64,000 nt of DNA from Gemmatimonadota bacterium (GTDB lineage: Bacteria > Gemmatimonadota > Gemmatimonadetes > Gemmatimonadales > GWC2-71-9). The position numbers and the translations under genes are program-made. Positions 35,684 through 43,905 of this stretch are shown one piece after another. Position 1 is the first letter of the stretch, and the number at the start of each line of letters is the position of its first letter. Where the stretch lies: positions 8,751 through 72,750 of the forward strand of contig QHUB01000020.1 of NCBI GenBank assembly GCA_003221035.1, read 5' to 3'. The notes beneath the pieces were generated by a model that saw only the letters and a program-made list of their open reading frames with translations, ran no database searches and was not told where the DNA came from.

Positions 35684-36523
35684 ATGACGGCGGCGCTGCA
35701 CATCATCGCCGTGGTGTTGTTCGTCACGGTGCAATGGGCCGCGCCCTGGCGTAAGCAGCCGAGCTATGTGGTGCTCGAGCCGCCCGACACCGGGACCACG
35801 ATGATCTATGTACCGGGCGCGCGAGAGCATCGCTCGCAGGGCCCGAGCGCGCAGGCGAATCGTCATGAATCACCACCGCCACCGGCGGCTGCTGAGCCGC
35901 CGCCGCCCCCGCCCCCGCCCCCCCTCCCGCCTGCCGCGGCGACTGCGGCGGCGTTGCCGCTCGATACGGCGCGGACGATGCCCGCGTATGATCCGAACGC
36001 GAGCAAGAGCGTCGCGGCGGCGCCCCAGGTGGGTGACGGTCTCCTGTGGGTGAGCCCGCGGCCGGGATTGCCTGCCACCGTGGCGGCCGCGATCTACGGC
36101 GACACCGTGTCCCAACACGCAGCCGCGATCAACCGGCTGAAGGCGATGGTGGATTCCCTCAACCAGATTCTGGATCAGGAGCAGCGTGACCGTCGGCGGC
36201 CCTCGTGGACCGTCGGCGGGACGGCGGAGAAGCCCGAATGGGGTCTCGATTCGGCGTACATCCACGTCGCCGGGATCAAGATTCCGACGCCGGTGCTCGC
36301 CTTGCTCGGCGCCATCAAAGGCTTCCCGCAGGGCAATTACGACGAGGGGCTGCACGCCCGTCAGTTGAACGACATGCGCGATGACATCATGCGCTCCGCC
36401 GAGCGCGCACAATCGCTCGCGGAATTCAAGCGCTATGTGCGCGAGCTGCGCGATCGCAAACAAGCCGAGCGTGATGCTGACGAGCGGCGTCGCGCGCAGG
36501 ATACGGTGAAGGCGGTGCCGTAG
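35684..36523 (+). CDS. Hypothetical membrane-anchored protein with a Pro-rich linker
   Basis: N-terminal hydrophobic helix, poly-Pro stretch and charged helical C-terminus; fills the gap in a co-directional run. Confidence 0.65.
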   Translation: MTAALHIIAVVLFVTVQWAAPWRKQPSYVVLEPPDTGTTMIYVPGAREHRSQGPSAQANRHESPPPPAAAEPPPPPPPPPLPPAAATAAALPLDTARTMPAYDPNASKSVAAAPQVGDGLLWVSPRPGLPATVAAAIYGDTVSQHAAAINRLKAMVDSLNQILDQEQRDRRRPSWTVGGTAEKPEWGLDSAYIHVAGIKIPTPVLALLGAIKGFPQGNYDEGLHARQLNDMRDDIMRSAERAQSLAEFKRYVRELRDRKQAERDADERRRAQDTVKAVP

Positions 36524-37764
36524 TGCGCCGAGCCGGGCCTTCAGGACACGGGAAACGAACCCGACTCGCCCTTCTCTTTCTAACGCTTTTCCCCGCAGCT
36601 CTCCCAGCTCAGGACACGACTCTGCTGCGCGCCGCGACGGTGCTCGACGGCCGCGGCGGCGTCCAGCACAACGTCGACATTCTCGTCACGGGAAATCGCA
36701 TCACCCGGATTGCTCCGCGCGGCGCGGTCCCTGCGGGTGCGCGCCTCGTCGATCTCGGCGACCGCACCGTGCTGCCGGGTTTGATCGACGCACACGCGCA
36801 CCCAGCGTGGTACTTCAACCGCCAGAACCGGCTCCATACTCCAAGCGATGGCGATACGCCCGCGCAATCCATCCTCGCCGCCGCGGCGAACGCATACGCC
36901 ACGCTGCGGGCCGGGTTCACGACGATTCAGAGTGTCGGCTCACACAGCGATGCGGATCTGCGTGATTGGATCGCCACGCAAGGGCTGCCGGGGCCGCGCA
37001 TCCTCACCTCGCTCGATCCGATCACCGATCCCACGCTGAGCCCCGATTCGTTGCGCGCGCTCGTGCGCCAGCGCAAGGCACAAGGAGCGGATCTCATCAA
37101 GCTGTTCGCCTCGGCGAGCATCCGCGAAGGCGGCCGGCAGACGATGTCCGACTCCCAACTCGATGCCGTCTGCGGCGAAGCGAAAACGCTCGGCCTGCGC
37201 ACGCTCGTTCACGCGCACAGCGCGTCGTCGGTGCGTGCCGCCACGCTCGCCGGATGCACGGAAGTCGAGCACGGACTCTTCGCCACACAAGACGAGCTCA
37301 CGTTGATGGCCCAGCGCGGCACCTATTTCGATCCGCAGTGCGCCCTCGTGTTCCAGAACTATCTCGGGCATCGCGCGAGCTATCTGGGCATCGGCAATTA
37401 CACGGACTCGGGATTCGCCGCCATGGAGCGCGTATTGCCGGTCGCGGTGGCCGACATTCGCAAGGCGCTCGCGACGCCCGGACTCAAGGTCGTGTACGGA
37501 ACCGACGCGGTTGCCGGCGCCGATGGGCACAACGCCGAAGATCTCGTGTGCCGAGTGCAGAAGGCCGGCGAGTCGCCGATGCATGCGATCGTCGCGGCGA
37601 CGTCGTTGAATGCGCAAGCGATGGGTCTCGGAGATCGAATCGGCGCGATTGCGCCCGGCCTCGAGGCGGACATCATCGCGGTGGAGGGTGATCCGCTGCG
37701 TGACATCACCGCGTTGCGACGCGTGCGCTTTGTGATGAAGTCGGGCAGCGTGGTGCGGTACTGA
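36523..37764 (+). CDS. Metal-dependent amidohydrolase (prolidase-like), exported
   Basis: PGLIDAHAH, GADLIKL, HAH, EHG, GTD and ADIIAVEGDPL. Confidence 0.9.
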   Translation: MRRAGPSGHGKRTRLALLFLTLFPAALPAQDTTLLRAATVLDGRGGVQHNVDILVTGNRITRIAPRGAVPAGARLVDLGDRTVLPGLIDAHAHPAWYFNRQNRLHTPSDGDTPAQSILAAAANAYATLRAGFTTIQSVGSHSDADLRDWIATQGLPGPRILTSLDPITDPTLSPDSLRALVRQRKAQGADLIKLFASASIREGGRQTMSDSQLDAVCGEAKTLGLRTLVHAHSASSVRAATLAGCTEVEHGLFATQDELTLMAQRGTYFDPQCALVFQNYLGHRASYLGIGNYTDSGFAAMERVLPVAVADIRKALATPGLKVVYGTDAVAGADGHNAEDLVCRVQKAGESPMHAIVAATSLNAQAMGLGDRIGAIAPGLEADIIAVEGDPLRDITALRRVRFVMKSGSVVRY

Positions 37765-37803
37765 ACGCGCGTCTCACCCCGGCTACGGTGTGGGCTTAGA
37801 CTC

Positions 37804-37819
37804 CGTGACACTTATCACG
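37804..37819 (+). promoter_or_regulatory. CRP/FNR-like operator at the class II position
   Basis: CGTGA-CACTTA-TCACG dyad, with a TAGGTT -10-like box at 37842-37847. Confidence 0.45.
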
Positions 37820-37874
37820 GCTCTTGTTGCGAAACGGCGGGTAGGTTGGCGAAGACTCTCGCTGGAAGCCGCTG

Positions 37875-38810
37875 ATGTCGTTCGAATACACGCTGTCGCA
37901 CCGTCTCGCGCTGGTCGCGCTGGTCCTCTCATGCGTCGTGAGCTGTGAGGTCCAGCCCGGTGGACCGCCTCCGCCGGCGCCTCCGTCGTCGCCGCCCCCG
38001 CCGCCCCCGCCGCCCCCGCCCCCGCCGCCCCCGCCCCCCCCACCGGCGCCGGTCGGACGGTTTGGTCACGTGATCATCGTTGCCGAAGAGAATCACGACT
38101 ACAGCAGCGTGATCGGCAACTCGGCGATGCCCTACTTGAACGGATTGAGCACGACGTATGGTTTGGCGACGAACTACTACGCGAACGCGCATCCCTCGAT
38201 CGGGAACTACTTCGAGCTGACCGTGGGCGACACGATCATCAACAATGACGGTTTCACCGGCGCCGTTACGAACGACAACATCGTCCGCGAGCTCGTGAAG
38301 GCCGGCAAAACCTGGAAGGCGTACATCGAGGGCTATCCGTCATACGACGCGAACCATGTGCCGATGAGCTATTTCTCTGACATTCGCAATAATTCGGCGC
38401 AGGCGGCGAACATGGTGCCCTTTACGCGTTTCGCCGCCGATCTGGCGAACGGGACGCTGCCGGACTTTTCCTTCATCACGCCGAATCTCAACGACGACGC
38501 TCACAACGGGACACTGGCTGCCGCCGACAAGTGGCTCGAGACCAACATCGATCCGCTGATCCAGAGCGCGCAATTCAAGCAGGACGGTCTCTTGATCATC
38601 TGGTGGGACGAGTCCGCCAGCAGCAGCACCCACGGCGGCGGGAAGGTCGCGTGGACGGTCGTCAGCCCGTTCGCCAAGCGCGGGTATCAATCCACGACGT
38701 CGTATCAGCACCAGAGCACGTTGCGCCTGATGCTGCAGGCGCTGGGCGTATCCGCGTTTCCCGGCCAGGCCGCGACCGCGCCCGACATGAGCGAGTTCTT
38801 CAAGCCCTGA
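37875..38810 (+). CDS. Phosphoesterase/acid phosphatase (alkaline phosphatase superfamily), probable lipoprotein with a poly-Pro linker
   Basis: HVIIVAEENH, HPSIGNY, LPDFSFITPNL.DDAH, WWDE and HQSTLR; run of 18 Pro. Confidence 0.85.
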   Translation: MSFEYTLSHRLALVALVLSCVVSCEVQPGGPPPPAPPSSPPPPPPPPPPPPPPPPPPAPVGRFGHVIIVAEENHDYSSVIGNSAMPYLNGLSTTYGLATNYYANAHPSIGNYFELTVGDTIINNDGFTGAVTNDNIVRELVKAGKTWKAYIEGYPSYDANHVPMSYFSDIRNNSAQAANMVPFTRFAADLANGTLPDFSFITPNLNDDAHNGTLAAADKWLETNIDPLIQSAQFKQDGLLIIWWDESASSSTHGGGKVAWTVVSPFAKRGYQSTTSYQHQSTLRLMLQALGVSAFPGQAATAPDMSEFFKP

Positions 38811-38822
38811 GCCAATCGCAGG

Positions 38823-38851
38823 GTAGGGGCGCAGCCTCCCTGCGCCCCTAC
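38823..38851. repeat. Intergenic GTAG-family REP-like hairpin between convergent genes
   Basis: GTAGGGGCGCAG-CCTCC-CTGCGCCCCTAC; same 12-bp arms as the copy at 8341. Confidence 0.85.
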
Positions 38852-38868
38852 ATGCGCCCCGCGGGTGG

Positions 38869-39360
38869 CTACTGCACTCTCACCAACGTCCCGCGAATCT
38901 CGCCTCCGCCATGTGCTTTAGTATGGATGTTCACGTAGGCGCGTCCCTCTCGAATGATCTGAAAGATAGAGTCTGCTGCGCCGGCCGGAGCCTGGGACCC
39001 GATGGTGGCGGTTCCGGTAAAGCCCGCACCCGTCGCGGGAGGATTGAAGTTCACTTGAACGTTGCCCGCGACAGAATCGGCGGCGCGTCGGTGGATATGT
39101 CCCAGAATGATGCTGTCGATCGGCGAATCGATAATGACTTCCCAGCTGATCAAACTGTCGCTCAGGAATGTGACGGTGGCGTGACCGGTGGCTGTGGTGG
39201 TGACGGGTGTCGGCGCCTCGTTCGCACCATTCAGTGTCGCGGTGTAGACCTCCAGACCGGCGGGAAGCCCGGTCGAATTGTTATCGCTGCACGCCATGGC
39301 GATGGCGCCGACGGTCGAGACAACCGCGGCAGCCATTGTGACCGTTCGCAATACGCGCAT
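38869..39360 (-). CDS. CHRD-domain lipoprotein
   Basis: AAGGAG SD, AMAC lipobox, LNGANE.P..T.ATG, GHIH and YVNIHT...GGEIRG. Confidence 0.9.
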   Translation of the reverse strand: MRVLRTVTMAAAVVSTVGAIAMACSDNNSTGLPAGLEVYTATLNGANEAPTPVTTTATGHATVTFLSDSLISWEVIIDSPIDSIILGHIHRRAADSVAGNVQVNFNPPATGAGFTGTATIGSQAPAGAADSIFQIIREGRAYVNIHTKAHGGGEIRGTLVRVQ

Positions 39361-39417
39361 ATCTGTCTCCTTAGGCACGTAATCACAAGTGAAACTGCAC
39401 AAAGCCTCGTGAACGGG

Positions 39418-39822
39418 TTATTGAACGACGACCTTCCCGGTCATGAAGGGATGCGGCGTGCAGTGGTATGGGAATCCACCTTGCGCCGGGAAGGTATGAG
39501 AGAAGCGATCACCGGGATTCAGATCGGGCGAATTCCACACCGCGGCATCCGACGTCGTCGTGTGGGGTTCCGTGCCGGCGTCTTCGCAGTTAATCCACGT
39601 GACTGTCGCGCCTCGTGGCACGGCGAGTGAATCGGGATGAAAGCCGAAATCCCGAATCGCGATGATGTAGTGCATCGAATCGATCACCGTCACTGGCACG
39701 CGACATTCGGCCGAGGTGGTCGTGCCTGGTCCTGCGCTGCGGTCGGAAAAACACGCCAGCGCGATCGCACCGCCGCAGATGGAGCCGAACAGCAGCGAGA
39801 GAGCCTTCCGTGTGGTTGTCAT
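39418..39822 (-). CDS. Amicyanin/plastocyanin-like cupredoxin lipoprotein
   Basis: LAC lipobox; VTWIN, PHT and YHCTPHPFM type-1 copper ligands. Confidence 0.9.
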   Translation of the reverse strand: MTTTRKALSLLFGSICGGAIALACFSDRSAGPGTTTSAECRVPVTVIDSMHYIIAIRDFGFHPDSLAVPRGATVTWINCEDAGTEPHTTTSDAAVWNSPDLNPGDRFSHTFPAQGGFPYHCTPHPFMTGKVVVQ

Positions 39823-39824
39823 GG

Positions 39825-40859
39825 TCACCTCACCACCACGACGGCCTTCATGAACGGATGCGGCGTGCAGTGAAACGCATACTCGCCGGGCTGCGTGAAG
39901 GTGTGGCTCCAGCGTTTTCCCGGCTCGATCGCGCCGGAATCCCATGAGCCGTCATCGGCGGTCACGGTGTGCACGAGGGGATCGTTGTTGGTCCACGTCA
40001 CCGTCGTGCCGGCGGCGATTTCGAGCCGCTTGGGCCCGAATGCCATCGTGCGCATCTCGGAATTGACAACGGGGCCAGTCACCACACCTGTCGCGCCTGT
40101 TTGCGCCGTTTCGTGCTTTTTGCCGAAGTAGCGACTGAACGTGAAGGGGATCGTGAACTCAAACCCACCCCGCACCTTGTCGATACCGCGTGACGCTCCC
40201 TGCAGCGTCGCCGTGTTGGTGTTCGTCACCTGCAGTGAGAGCGTATGTGGGGAATAGGGAATAGCGATCTGCAGTCCCGCGCCCCACGCGGGGTCCTCAT
40301 TCGTGCGGCGATCGAGCAGCGTCGTGACGTCGCCGGCGAGCGCGAACCACCGGTTCAGGCGCACGGTCGCCCCTCCGCCAATCGCGTAACGCGTCGTGTC
40401 GCTGTGATAGCCATTGGAGAGCAGGCGCCCCACGGCCAACAGCCGCAGCTTTCCGAACGCGTGCGCGCCCGTGAGCTCGGCGTCGAAGCTCTCGGCGGCC
40501 TGGTTGTAGCCGCCCTGCAGCGCGACGCCACGCGTGCCATAGCGCGCGAAAAACTCCCACTCGTTGGGAAACGCCGCGGCCACGTCGGAGGAGGTCGCGT
40601 AGTTGAAGCCGATGAGCAACGGGAGCGGGAGCTGATAGCTGAGCAGAAACGTGGGGGAATTCGTGACTTTGCGGGTCGGCGCATCGCCGACTCCGAATCG
40701 GTGGATGAAATTGAACTGCAGCGTGCCGGGCGCGCCGAGCCAGCCGCCGGAGAGATTGGGGGACCGGTCGAGCGCGGACTGGCACGAGGCTACATCACGC
40801 GCTCCAGCCAGAGCGGTGAGGACGCAGGTGACGGATGCGATCCGACCAGGCAGGTGCAC
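39825..40859 (-). CDS. Putative outer-membrane beta-barrel (DUF5777-like) fused to a C-terminal amicyanin-like cupredoxin
   Basis: Signal peptide; LQFNFIHRFG and HTLSLQVTN motifs and amphipathic strands; C-terminal VTWTN..VHT...FHCTPHPFM. Confidence 0.75.
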   Translation of the reverse strand: MHLPGRIASVTCVLTALAGARDVASCQSALDRSPNLSGGWLGAPGTLQFNFIHRFGVGDAPTRKVTNSPTFLLSYQLPLPLLIGFNYATSSDVAAAFPNEWEFFARYGTRGVALQGGYNQAAESFDAELTGAHAFGKLRLLAVGRLLSNGYHSDTTRYAIGGGATVRLNRWFALAGDVTTLLDRRTNEDPAWGAGLQIAIPYSPHTLSLQVTNTNTATLQGASRGIDKVRGGFEFTIPFTFSRYFGKKHETAQTGATGVVTGPVVNSEMRTMAFGPKRLEIAAGTTVTWTNNDPLVHTVTADDGSWDSGAIEPGKRWSHTFTQPGEYAFHCTPHPFMKAVVVVR

Positions 40860-40869
40860 GCGGGCCTCC

Positions 40870-42153
40870 TCATGAGTGGGATGCAGCCTCGAGGCGGCGG
40901 AGCGCCGCCTCTTTGCCGACGACCGACAATAGCTCGTTCACAGGTTCCGACACCGTCCCTCCGGTCAACGCGATGCGAATCGGCTGAAACACCGCGCCGG
41001 CTTTCGCGTCTCGCCGTTGTGCCAGATTCCGCAGCACATGCTCCAGTTCTTCCGCCGTCCAGTCGTTGACCTTCTTCAAGGTCTCGAGAATCGCCGCGAG
41101 CATGTCGCGGTAGCCGGCCGGGTCCTTCGCGATTTCCTTCTGTGCTTTGTCGTCGAGCGTCACGAACTTCGCGTCGAGCCGCACCGCGACCTGCCTCGCA
41201 ACATCGAGCGTCGTGCGCGATCGTGTCTTCACTGCGGTGATCGCGCGCAGGATCGCGTCGCGGTCGCCATCGAGATCCAGCTTCGCCAGCTCCGCATGCA
41301 CGAGCGGGAACAGCTCTTCGGCGGACTTCGCCGTGAGGTACTGCCCGTTCATCCACTCCAGTTTGGTCGTGTCGAAGACGGCCGGCTTCTTCAAGATACC
41401 ATCGAGCGAGAAGAGGTTCCGGAGCTCTTCTTTGCTCATGATTTCGCGATCGCCGCCCGGACTCCATCCAAGTAGCGCGAGAAAATTGCGCATCGCTTCT
41501 GGGAGAATCCCTAGGTGTTGGTAATCCCCCACAGCCGTCGCGCCGTGTCGTTTGGAGAGTTTTTTCCCGTCGGGTCCGTGGATCATGGGCACGTGACCAA
41601 AAATTGGGGTCGCATGTCCGAGCGCTCGGTACACCGCGAGCTGCTTGGGGGTGTTGGAAATGTGATCGTCCCCGCGAATCACGTGCGTCACCTGCATGTC
41701 GATGTCGTCGACGACCACCGCGAAGTTGTAGAGCGGCGAGCGATCCGACCGCAAAATCACAAAATCGCGAATATCCTCACCTTTGAAGCTGATCTTGCCG
41801 TGGACCGCGTCGTCCCAGGCCAGCTCGCCGGGGGGGACGCGCAGCCGGATCGCGTCCTCCTCCATGTACGCTTTGCCTTCTTTCAGCAATTGATCGGCCA
41901 CCTGCTGGTGACGCGCCAGGCGGGCGCCCTGGAAGATCGGGGCTTCGTCCCAATCCAAGCCGAGCCAGGTGAGGCCGTCGAGGATGACCTGGGTGTGTTC
42001 GTCGGTGGAACGCGCCTTGTCGGTGTCTTCGATCCGGAGCAGGAACTGGCCGCCCTCTTTGCGGGCAAACAGCCAGTTGAAGAGGGCGGTGCGGGCGCCG
42101 CCGACGTGGAGGTAGCCGGTGGGCGACGGGGCGAAGCGGACGCGGATACTCAT
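40870..42153 (-). CDS. gltX: Glutamate--tRNA ligase
   Basis: RFAPSPTGYLHVGG, LRIEDTD, HVIRGDDH, KLSKR and an anticodon-binding domain. Confidence 0.96.
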   Translation of the reverse strand: MSIRVRFAPSPTGYLHVGGARTALFNWLFARKEGGQFLLRIEDTDKARSTDEHTQVILDGLTWLGLDWDEAPIFQGARLARHQQVADQLLKEGKAYMEEDAIRLRVPPGELAWDDAVHGKISFKGEDIRDFVILRSDRSPLYNFAVVVDDIDMQVTHVIRGDDHISNTPKQLAVYRALGHATPIFGHVPMIHGPDGKKLSKRHGATAVGDYQHLGILPEAMRNFLALLGWSPGGDREIMSKEELRNLFSLDGILKKPAVFDTTKLEWMNGQYLTAKSAEELFPLVHAELAKLDLDGDRDAILRAITAVKTRSRTTLDVARQVAVRLDAKFVTLDDKAQKEIAKDPAGYRDMLAAILETLKKVNDWTAEELEHVLRNLAQRRDAKAGAVFQPIRIALTGGTVSEPVNELLSVVGKEAALRRLEAASHS

Positions 42154-42240
42154 CGGCCAATAATAGAGCGTTCATGAAGCCTTCGGAAATCCTTCATGGT
42201 GGAAGTCCGATGCTTGCTCCACCCTTTCCCGAGGATCTCG

Positions 42241-43632
42241 ATGCCGCTTCTCGTACCGCTGCTGCTCGTGGGACTCACGACCCCCCCACCCCGAGTCGCC
42301 ACGACTGGCGTCCCTGACCGGGTGCGGGCATATGACGCCATCTACGCCGTCGTCCGGACCAAGCTGGGCATTCCGAGCTTTTCCCGCCAAACCGGTCTCG
42401 CGTGCAACGTCTGTCACACCGCGTTTCCGATGCTCACCGCCTTCGGCCGCCAGTTCAAGCTCAACGCCTACACGTTGACCGGATTGCAGACGATCGGACC
42501 CACCGAGACGACGCCTTCGCCGCTCAAGATCAACCTCATTCCGCCGGTCTCGACGATGCTGCAGACGTCGTTCACCCAGACATCCAAGGCGCAGCCCGGC
42601 ACGCAGAACGGCAACGTGGAGTTCCCGCAGGAATTGAGCGTCTTCTTCGGCGAGGCGATCTCGCCGCGGCTGGGAACGTTCATCCAGATCACGTATGACG
42701 GAGCGGAGGGAACGCTGGGGGTCGACAACATCGATCTCCGCTACGCGAACCACGCCAAGGTCCTGTCCAAGCGGACGATTTACGGAATCACCGTCAACAA
42801 CAGCCCGACCGTGCAGGATGTGTGGAACTCGACGCCAGTGTGGGGATTTCCGTTCGGTTCATCGGGCGTCGCCCCCACTCCCAGCGGATCCCCGTTGATC
42901 AATGAAGGATTGGCGCAGAGCGTCGCCGGGATCGGGACCTACGCGCTGTGGGACGACCATCTCTACGGCGAGGTGTCGGTCTACCGCTCCTCGCCGCAGG
43001 GCGGCCCCCATCCCCCGGACGCGACCTCGACCGGGATCATGAAGGGCGTGACGCCCTATTGGCGGCTCGCCTACCAGCGGACGTTCGGGACGCAGTACAT
43101 CGAGCTGGGGACGTTCGGCATGGCATCGCAGTTGTATCCCACCGGCGTCACGGGACCCACCGACCATTTCAGCGACGTGGGTGCCGATCTGCAATACGAA
43201 CGTCACGCAGGGAAAAATGGCGCGGGGACGTTCGTCGTCCACGCGAGCTATATCGATGAGCGCCAGACGCTCGATGCCAGCTTTGGCGGCGGAGCGTCTG
43301 CCAATGCCAAAAACACCCTGAACACCGTGCGGGCTGATGCGGCGTGGCTGACGCCGACGCGCTGGGGCGGCTCGGTCGGCGTCTTCAACACGAGTGGCAC
43401 CGCCGACACGCTGCTGTATGCCCCGGGCGCGGTCACGGGTAACGCAACCGGAAAACCCAACAGCAACGGCGTGATCGCCGAACTGCAGTTCATGCCGTGG
43501 ATCAACACCCGGTTCTCGCTGCAGTATGTGGCGTATCAAAAGTTCAACGGCGGCACGAGCGACTACGACGGCGCAGGGCGCAGCGCGTCAGCCAACAACA
43601 CCGTCTACGCACTCGTGTGGTTGATGTTCTAG
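42241..43632 (+). CDS. cyc2: Cyc2-like monoheme cytochrome c-porin fusion (outer membrane)
   Basis: PSFSRQTGLACNVCHTAFPMLTAFGRQFKLNAY matches the Cyc2 N-terminal signature; beta-strand-rich remainder ending in Phe. GAGGA SD before ATG 42241 (ATG 42196 is an alternative). Confidence 0.85.
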   Translation: MPLLVPLLLVGLTTPPPRVATTGVPDRVRAYDAIYAVVRTKLGIPSFSRQTGLACNVCHTAFPMLTAFGRQFKLNAYTLTGLQTIGPTETTPSPLKINLIPPVSTMLQTSFTQTSKAQPGTQNGNVEFPQELSVFFGEAISPRLGTFIQITYDGAEGTLGVDNIDLRYANHAKVLSKRTIYGITVNNSPTVQDVWNSTPVWGFPFGSSGVAPTPSGSPLINEGLAQSVAGIGTYALWDDHLYGEVSVYRSSPQGGPHPPDATSTGIMKGVTPYWRLAYQRTFGTQYIELGTFGMASQLYPTGVTGPTDHFSDVGADLQYERHAGKNGAGTFVVHASYIDERQTLDASFGGGASANAKNTLNTVRADAAWLTPTRWGGSVGVFNTSGTADTLLYAPGAVTGNATGKPNSNGVIAELQFMPWINTRFSLQYVAYQKFNGGTSDYDGAGRSASANNTVYALVWLMF

Positions 43633-43653
43633 CAGCGGCGGGAACCGAAGGAC

Positions 43654-43706
43654 CAATGTCCAATGATCATTGATCGATGATCATTGGACATTGATCATTG
43701 GACATT
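43654..43706. repeat. Heptamer-repeat palindrome, probable bidirectional terminator
   Basis: CAATGTC CAATGAT CATTGAT CGATGAT CATTGGA CATTGAT CATTGGA; perfect 16-bp stem 43655-43670/43677-43692 between convergent cyc2 and tRNA-Ser. Confidence 0.75.
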
Positions 43707-43714
43707 CTTTGGCA

Positions 43715-43805
43715 CGGAGGAGGGGGGATTCGAACCCCCGATAGGGTTTTAAGGCCCTATAACGGTTTAGCAAACCGCCGCCTTCAGCCACTCGGCCACC
43801 CCTCC
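43715..43805 (-). tRNA. tRNA-Ser(GCT)
   Basis: GGAGGGG acceptor, TGGCCGAGTGG D-arm, GCGGT-TTGCTAA-ACCGT anticodon arm, long variable arm, GGTTCGAATCC; CCA not adjacent to the discriminator. Confidence 0.95.
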
Positions 43806-43905
43806 CGGGGGTGAATTATCCCCGGACGAGCCTCATGGAGCAAGGACCAAAGGACAATTGAGAAGAACGCGGGCCGGCGGTTACAATCGGGCGATGGAGA
43901 AAAAC

